Source of the DNA: an uncultured Candidatus Binatia bacterium
Lineage (GTDB): Bacteria; Desulfobacterota; Binatia; UBA9968; JAJDTQ01
Assembly (NCBI GenBank): GCA_965242525.1
Contig: OZ251459.1
Location: 1,504,001 to 1,568,000, forward strand
DNA length: 64,000 nt
Direction: 5' to 3'
The notes beneath the pieces were generated by a model. The model made no database searches. It saw only the letters and a list, made by a program, of their open reading frames with translations, and was not told the DNA's origin. A program made the translations under genes and the position numbers. This document shows positions 56,545 to 64,000 of the stretch, piece after piece (within the stretch, counting starts at the first letter, position 1; each line of letters starts with the position of its first letter).

Positions 56545-56647
56545 ACCTTATCCAGAGTGGTGGAGGGACAGGCCCGTCGAAGCCACAGCAACCGCGTTCC
56601 CCAGGGGACGCAGGTGCTAATTCCGGCCCGCAAGGGACAGATAAGGT
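56545..56647 (+). ncRNA. SAM-I (S-box) riboswitch
   Basis: accttatccagagtggtggagggacaggcccgtcgaagccacagcaacc ... ggtgctaattcc ... agataaggt; P1 accttatc/gataaggt. Confidence 0.95.
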
Positions 56648-56656
56648 GAGGAGAGG

Positions 56657-56688
56657 ACCTCTTCTCATCCCGGAAGAGGTTTTTTTTT
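56657..56688 (+). terminator. Intrinsic terminator of the SAM riboswitch expression platform
   Basis: acctcttc ... gaagaggt followed by a T run. Confidence 0.85.
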
Positions 56689-56706
56689 GCCCGGAGCATA
56701 CGGTTC

Positions 56707-57486
56707 ATGCGCCTGACACCGGAACAGATCGAGCGGTACAGCCGCCAGATCATGATCCCCGAAGTGGGTGGCGGCGGGCAGACGCGGCTGCGCCAGGCCG
56801 GCGTGCTGGTGGTCGGGGCCGGCGGCCTGGGGAGTCCCGCGGCCTTGTACCTCGCGGCCGCGGGGGTCGGGCGGCTCGGCATCGTGGACGGGGACACGGT
56901 GGACCTCTCCAACCTGCACCGGCAGATCCTCCACGCCACCGCGGACCGGGGCCGCCCCAAGGTGGAGTCGGCCAGGTCCCGGCTGCTGGAGATCAACCCG
57001 GAGGTGGAGGTGGAGGTCCACGGGGTGCGCCTGACCGGGGAGAACGCAGCGGAACTGATGGAGCCCTACGACTTCGTCATCGACGGGAGCGACAACTTCG
57101 ACACCAAGTTCCTGGTCAACGACGTGGCCGTGTCGTTGGGCAAACCCTTCTCCCACGCGGGGATCGTCCGCCTCCAGGGGCAGACCATGACGGTGCTGCC
57201 CCCGGACAGCGCCTGCTACCGCTGCCTGTTCCAGGAACCGCCGGCCCCGGGCGAGGTGCCGGGGTGCCAGCAGGCCGGCATCCTGGGCGCGGTGGCCGGG
57301 ACCCTCGGCTCCCTCCAGGCCACGGAGGCCATCAAGTACGCGGTCGGCATGGAGGAGCACCTGCTGGTGAACCGCCTGCTGACCTACGACGCCAAGACCA
57401 TGCAGGTACGGAACGTGCCCGTGCCGCGGAACCCCGGCTGCAAGGCATGCAACCCGTCCGCGGCCTTCCCGAGGAGTCAACCATGA
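56707..57486 (+). CDS. HesA/MoeB/ThiF family adenylyltransferase
   Basis: 'RYSRQ', 'VGAGGLGSP', 'DLSNLHRQ', 'DGSDNF', 'CYRC', 'CKAC'. Confidence 0.94.
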   Translation: MRLTPEQIERYSRQIMIPEVGGGGQTRLRQAGVLVVGAGGLGSPAALYLAAAGVGRLGIVDGDTVDLSNLHRQILHATADRGRPKVESARSRLLEINPEVEVEVHGVRLTGENAAELMEPYDFVIDGSDNFDTKFLVNDVAVSLGKPFSHAGIVRLQGQTMTVLPPDSACYRCLFQEPPAPGEVPGCQQAGILGAVAGTLGSLQATEAIKYAVGMEEHLLVNRLLTYDAKTMQVRNVPVPRNPGCKACNPSAAFPRSQP

Positions 57487-58760
57487 GCTTTGTCCAGGGA
57501 CTGAGATGCCGCGAGTGCAGACGGGAGTACCCCGTCGATCCCCTCCACGTGTGCGAGGACTGCTTCGGCCCGTTGGAGGTGGAGTACGACTACGACGCCA
57601 TTCGGCGGAGCCTGAGCCGCGAGAAGATCGCCTCCCGCCCGCGCAACCTGTGGCGCTACCGGGAGCTCCTGCCCATCGACGGAGAGCCCAGGGTGGGCCT
57701 CTACTCGGGCTTCACCCCGCTGGTACGCGCCCGGCGCCTGGGGGAGGCCCTGGGGGTGGAGGAACTCTACCTCAAGGACGACTCGGTGAACCACCCGACC
57801 TTCTCCTACAAGGACAGGGTGGTGTCCGTGGCCATATCCAAGGCGGTGGAGTTCGGTTACCGGACGGTCTCGTGCGCCTCCACCGGGAACCTGGCCAACT
57901 CGGTCTCGGCCCACGCGGCGAGCGCCGGGCTGGACTGCTACGTGTTCATCCCCGAAGGCCTGGAGGAAGGGAAGATCATCGGCTCGGCCATCTACGGCCC
58001 GCGCACCATCGCCATCAAGGGCACCTACGACGACGTGAACCGGCTGTGCAGCGAGATCGGCGACAAGTACCAATGGGCGTTCGTCAACGTGAACCTGAGG
58101 CCCTACTATTCCGAGGGCGCCAAGACCCACGCCTTCGAGGTCGCCGAGCAACTGGGCTGGAAGCTGCCGCAGCACATGGTGGTGGGGTCCGCGGGGGGGA
58201 CCATCCTTCCCAAGCTGGGAAAGGGGTTCGGGGAGCTCCGCAAGGTCGGGCTGGTGGACGCGGACCAACGGTGCCGGATCTACTCGGCCCAGGCCGCGGG
58301 CTGCTCCCCCATCATCAACGCCCTGAAGAAGGGCACGGACGTGGTGGACCCGGTCAAGCCCGACACCATCGCCACCTCCATCGCCATCGGCAACCCGGCC
58401 GACGGGTACTACGTGCTGCAGACCATCAGGGACTCCGGCGGGTGGGGCGAATGCGTCACCGACGAGGAGATCCTCGACGGAATCCGGCTGCTGGCGTCCA
58501 CCGAGGGCATATTCACAGAGCCGGCCGGCGGCACGGAAGTGGCGGTCACGAAGAAGCTCGTCGAACAGGGCCGGATCCCCCGGGACGAGTCCATCGTGGT
58601 CTCCATCACCGGCAACGGCTACAAGACCGTGGAGGCGGTGGCGCACGTCATCGAGCGGCCCTACAGCATCGACGCCGCCATCGGCGCCTTCGAAGATCTC
58701 TACGGCGAGCTGTCCCGGGAACCGCAGGAAAAGGCCCGGGCGGGGGCCGGGGCGGGCTGA
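57483..58760 (+). CDS. thrC: Threonine synthase-like PLP enzyme
   Basis: N-terminal CxxC/CxxC, 'LWRYRELLP', 'PTFSYKDR', 'CASTGN', 'IAIGNP', 'ITGNG.K'; physiological reaction uncertain. Confidence 0.8.
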   Translation: MSFVQGLRCRECRREYPVDPLHVCEDCFGPLEVEYDYDAIRRSLSREKIASRPRNLWRYRELLPIDGEPRVGLYSGFTPLVRARRLGEALGVEELYLKDDSVNHPTFSYKDRVVSVAISKAVEFGYRTVSCASTGNLANSVSAHAASAGLDCYVFIPEGLEEGKIIGSAIYGPRTIAIKGTYDDVNRLCSEIGDKYQWAFVNVNLRPYYSEGAKTHAFEVAEQLGWKLPQHMVVGSAGGTILPKLGKGFGELRKVGLVDADQRCRIYSAQAAGCSPIINALKKGTDVVDPVKPDTIATSIAIGNPADGYYVLQTIRDSGGWGECVTDEEILDGIRLLASTEGIFTEPAGGTEVAVTKKLVEQGRIPRDESIVVSITGNGYKTVEAVAHVIERPYSIDAAIGAFEDLYGELSREPQEKARAGAGAG

Positions 58761-58871
58761 CGCCGGGGGGCCGCGGCCCCGGGGAGCGGCCCGGAGACGC
58801 CCGGCGCCGGCGCCCCGTGTTGCAAAGGCCGGGCACGGGTTCTATCCTGACGCAGAGGAGGTCCTTCCATC

Positions 58872-59150
58872 ATGAGTGTTCGCGTACGCGTGCCCACGCC
58901 GCTGAGGAAATTCACCCAGGGGTCGGACGAGGTGGACGCCAACGGCGCTACCGTCGCCGCGATGTTCGACGACCTGGAGCAGAACCACCCCGGCATCAAG
59001 GAGCGCATCATGGACGAAGGCGGCAAGGTCCGCCGGTTCGTGAACGTTTACGTCAACGGGGACGACATCCGGTTCCTGAAGAACGTGGATACCGCGCTGA
59101 AGGACGGGGACAACATCTCCATCGTGCCGGCCATCGCCGGAGGAGCCTAG
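58872..59150 (+). CDS. MoaD/ThiS/CysO family sulfur-carrier protein
   Basis: 'VRVPTPLR', 'RRFVNVYVNGDDIR', C-terminus 'VPAIAGGA'. Confidence 0.93.
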   Translation: MSVRVRVPTPLRKFTQGSDEVDANGATVAAMFDDLEQNHPGIKERIMDEGGKVRRFVNVYVNGDDIRFLKNVDTALKDGDNISIVPAIAGGA

Positions 59151-59163
59151 CCTGCTCGTCGCG

Positions 59164-60147
59164 TTGCGGAAGAGCGCGCCCCCGCCCCGCCGGGAGCTCC
59201 GCAAGGCGGAGGCCGTTACCGACCTGGTGGGCGACACCCCGCTGGTGGAGCTCCGCAAGGTCGCCCGCGGCCTTTCGCCCCAAGTGCGGGTCCTGGCCAA
59301 GCTCGAAGGGTTCAATCCCGGCGGCTCGGTGAAGGACCGGCCCGCCCTCAGGATGGTCCGGGAGGCCATCTACAGGGGCCAACTGACCCCGGGCCGGACC
59401 ATCATCGACTCGACCTCCGGGAACACCGGCATCGCCCTCGCCATGATCGGCGCGGCCCTGGGCTACCGGGTGCGTCTGGTGACGCCGTCCAACGTCAGCG
59501 AGGAGCGCAAGGGCATCATCCGGTTCTTCGGCGCCGAATTGGTGTACAGCGACCCCCTCGAAGGCTCGGACGGGGCCATTCGGCTCTGCCGCAAGATCGT
59601 GGACGAAGACCCGGAGGCGTATTTCAAGCCCGACCAGTACTTCAACCCCATGAACAGCCAAGCCCACTACGAGACCACGGGGCCGGAGATCCACCGGCAG
59701 ACCGAGGGCCGCGTCACCCATTTCGTCGCGGGCATCGGCACCGGCGGCACCGTCATGGGCACGGGGCGTTTCCTCAAGGAGCGGGACCCGCGCGTCCGCG
59801 TCGTCGCGGTGGAGCCGGACGACGCGCTGCACGGGCTGGAAGGGCTGAAGCACATGGCCAGCTCCATCGTCCCCGGCATCTACCGGGAGGAAGAGCTGGA
59901 CCTCAAGGTCCCGGTATCGACCGAGGACGCCTATGACATGGTCTATCGCCTGAGCCGGGAAGAGGGCCTCCTGGTGGGCCAGTCGTCCGGCGCCGCCATG
60001 GTCGCGGCGCTGGAGGTCGCGCGCCAGCTTTCCCACGGCACGGTGGTGACCGTGTTTCCCGACTTCGGCAGCCGGTACATGACCACGAACCTCTGGACCG
60101 CCCGGAAGGAAAGCCTGGACGTGGGCAACGCGGGCTTCTCCATCTGA
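59164..60147 (+). CDS. Cysteine synthase family (CysK/CysM) PLP enzyme
   Basis: 'VGDTPLV', 'KLEGFNPGGSVKDR', 'TSGNTG', 'GIGTGGT', 'GQSSG'. Confidence 0.93.
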   Translation: MRKSAPPPRRELRKAEAVTDLVGDTPLVELRKVARGLSPQVRVLAKLEGFNPGGSVKDRPALRMVREAIYRGQLTPGRTIIDSTSGNTGIALAMIGAALGYRVRLVTPSNVSEERKGIIRFFGAELVYSDPLEGSDGAIRLCRKIVDEDPEAYFKPDQYFNPMNSQAHYETTGPEIHRQTEGRVTHFVAGIGTGGTVMGTGRFLKERDPRVRVVAVEPDDALHGLEGLKHMASSIVPGIYREEELDLKVPVSTEDAYDMVYRLSREEGLLVGQSSGAAMVAALEVARQLSHGTVVTVFPDFGSRYMTTNLWTARKESLDVGNAGFSI

Positions 60148-60153
60148 ACCGTC

Positions 60154-61467
60154 ATGATCATCCGCTGTCCCAATTGCTCCACCACCTACAAGATCGACGG
60201 CGCGTCCTTCGACGCGCCCCAACCCACTTTCCGCTGCTCCCGATGCAAGCACGTGTTCGCCGTCCAGATACGGTTGCGGTTGCGCGACGAGGACGCGGCT
60301 GCGGCCGAGACCGCGGCGCCCCCGACCCCGGAGGGACCTCCCACGGTGGACCCCGGCCCGGAACCGGAAGACCGGTCGGACGCCCACGAACCCGCGGACA
60401 CGGCCGGCCCCGCCGACGCGGAGACCTTGGAGCCCGAGCCGGCGCCGCAGGCTCCCGAGCCGGAGACCCCGGAGACCGGAGCGGCGGCGCGCAGCGCGGA
60501 CCCGCCCGAACCGGAACCTGAACCCGAACCGGAGCCGGCGCCCTATCTTGAACCGGCACCCGAGCCCGAGATCGAACCGGAACCCGAGCCGGCGCCTGAA
60601 CCGGAGCGGGAGACCGAACCGGAGACCCTCACCCCGATCGCCGCGACCGCCCGAACCGTCGCCGACCCGGTCCGCATCACCGACCTCGGCGAGGCCGATT
60701 TCCCGCACCCGGACTTCGATCCCCCCGCGGCCAGGACGGCGCCCACGGACGCGCGGCAACCGGACTTGCCCGAACCGGCCCCGGTCATCGAGACCATCGA
60801 CTTGCCCCGCCGCAGCGCCCGCGCGCCCGACTTCCGAATCGACGACGATCGAATCGACGACGATCTCGTGATCCCCCCGAGGGAAACGAGGCCCGCCCCG
60901 CCCAAGGCCGCGGACGGCAGCGGCTCCATCGTGCCCTTCGTGAGCCTCGTGGGCCTGGCGGTCTTCGCCTTCGTGCTGGTGAGCGTGATCTACCAGATGA
61001 GCCCGCAGGCGCTGGACTCGCTGATACGGCGGATCCCGTGGTACGGCGAGGCGGTATTCGAGAACCGCCATTTCAAGAGGACCCTGGCGTTCGAATCGCT
61101 GGTGTCGGGGGTGCAGCCGGCGCTGAACCGGACGGAAGTGTTCGTGGTCTCGGGCAAGCTGGTCAACGGCAACGACCGTGGCATCCACCGGGTGCGAGTG
61201 GAGGCCCAGCTCTTCGACGCGGAGGGAAAGCCCTTGGCCCGGCAGGCCATATTCCTGGGAAACGCCATCTCCGCCAAGATCATCGAGGAGATGTCGCTCC
61301 GGGAGATCGCGTTGCTGCAGAGCCTGAAGCCCCAGAACCCCTACCCGATCCCGCCCAACGAGTCGGTGAACTTCACCATCGTCTTCCCCAAGCCCGGGGC
61401 CGCAGTGGAGTCCTTCAGTTGCCGGGTCCTTTCCGCGGAAGTCACGTCCTCTCCCGGTCCCGCCTGA
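60154..61467 (+). CDS. MJ0042-type zinc-ribbon / DUF3426-like membrane protein
   Basis: '[12 protein letters not shown]...RCSRCKHVF', long Glu-Pro linker, one TM, C-terminal beta domain. Confidence 0.8.
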   Translation: MIIRCPNCSTTYKIDGASFDAPQPTFRCSRCKHVFAVQIRLRLRDEDAAAAETAAPPTPEGPPTVDPGPEPEDRSDAHEPADTAGPADAETLEPEPAPQAPEPETPETGAAARSADPPEPEPEPEPEPAPYLEPAPEPEIEPEPEPAPEPERETEPETLTPIAATARTVADPVRITDLGEADFPHPDFDPPAARTAPTDARQPDLPEPAPVIETIDLPRRSARAPDFRIDDDRIDDDLVIPPRETRPAPPKAADGSGSIVPFVSLVGLAVFAFVLVSVIYQMSPQALDSLIRRIPWYGEAVFENRHFKRTLAFESLVSGVQPALNRTEVFVVSGKLVNGNDRGIHRVRVEAQLFDAEGKPLARQAIFLGNAISAKIIEEMSLREIALLQSLKPQNPYPIPPNESVNFTIVFPKPGAAVESFSCRVLSAEVTSSPGPA

Positions 61468-61609
61468 CCCCGCCGCGGCCGCGGGAAGGCCCCCCTCTAT
61501 TCGAGACCGTGCGCCGAGGACGCACCGACGCCGCGGGCGAACCCTGCCACCGCGGAGGAGCGTCCACCCGCGCCAAGCCCTCGGGCGGAGAGCGGGACCC
61601 AAGGCGGGG

Positions 61610-61801
61610 TCAGTCCTTGGATGACTTGTCCTCGCCCTTGTCGGTGGCCGTCACGTCGATCTCGTCCGGCTCCCGGAGGGACTTGCGGAAGCCGTGGATC
61701 CCCTTGCCGAGACCCTGGCCGATCTCCGGAAGCCTCCGGCTGAAGAGCACGAGGACGATCACCATGATGATCAGCAGTTCCCAGATACCCAGTCCAAACA
61801 T
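61610..61801 (-). CDS. tatA: Twin-arginine translocase TatA/TatE subunit
   Basis: 'MFGLGIWELLII...LFSRRLPEIGQGLGKGIHGFRK'. Confidence 0.93.
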   Translation of the reverse strand: MFGLGIWELLIIMVIVLVLFSRRLPEIGQGLGKGIHGFRKSLREPDEIDVTATDKGEDKSSKD

Positions 61802-61842
61802 GATGCCGCCATCCTAACCCAAAAAACCGCGGATTGACAGGA

Positions 61843-61978
61843 GGAACGTCTGATCGATCCCGGCATGGATTCCCTCTTCTCCCTGCGTCCTTCGACTCCG
61901 CTTCGCTACGCTCAGGATGAACGGGGGACTTCGCTACGCTACGCTCGGAACGAACGGGGGTAATCGTCCAGGGTTTCC
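61843..61978. mobile_element. MITE-like element (reverse orientation) with one full and one partial family-A REP
   Basis: ggaacgtctgatcgat ... aatcgtccagggtttcc; REP at 61885-61924 and partial at ~61927-61957. Confidence 0.6.
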
Positions 61979-61985
61979 GGGAGCA

Positions 61986-64000
<2,015 letters not shown>

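Noticed and set aside
58730-58860. Possible decayed copy of the thrC 3' end (aaaggcc...ctgacgc), offset ~94
   Set aside because: Only two short matching blocks with gaps.
60420-60630. Glu-Pro nucleotide repeats in the zinc-ribbon/DUF3426-like gene
   Set aside because: Ordinary low-complexity linker.
61464-61613. 11-bp inverted repeat (ctgaccccgcc / ggcggggtcag) anchored on both stop codons of convergent genes
   Set aside because: Short and GC-rich with a ~130-nt loop; may be chance.

Overview
GC-rich bacterial chromosome segment, probably from a deltaproteobacterium-like lineage (inference from the RpoH-box sigma factor, TctABC, hydantoinase/LLM/maleate-isomerase paralogues and an NHLP precursor). 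It carries housekeeping genes (gltX, trmI, trmL, tatA, partial gcvP), three tRNAs (Arg-ACG, Ser-GCT, Ser-GGA), a B12-uptake locus with two cobalamin riboswitches, a catabolic operon, a SAM-I riboswitch-controlled sulfur-carrier operon, a UGA-readthrough (Sec) redoxin, an orphan NHLP RiPP precursor, and a more AT-rich accessory island (decayed toxin-antitoxin genes, a frameshifted nuclease, LeoA-type dynamin-like GTPases). Two REP-like palindrome families are abundant, often inside short elements with IS5-like ends. The most unusual signal is a set of at least five clear and three weaker loci where a locus-specific 26-38 bp chromosomal segment, usually spanning a stop codon, is directly repeated around an unrelated insert (34-39 bp in the clear pairs; period 61-72 bp, 72 in two loci and 2x72 in a third). 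This is CRISPR-like repeat-spacer-repeat geometry built from ordinary gene ends. No cas genes are in the window, so the mechanism is inference.
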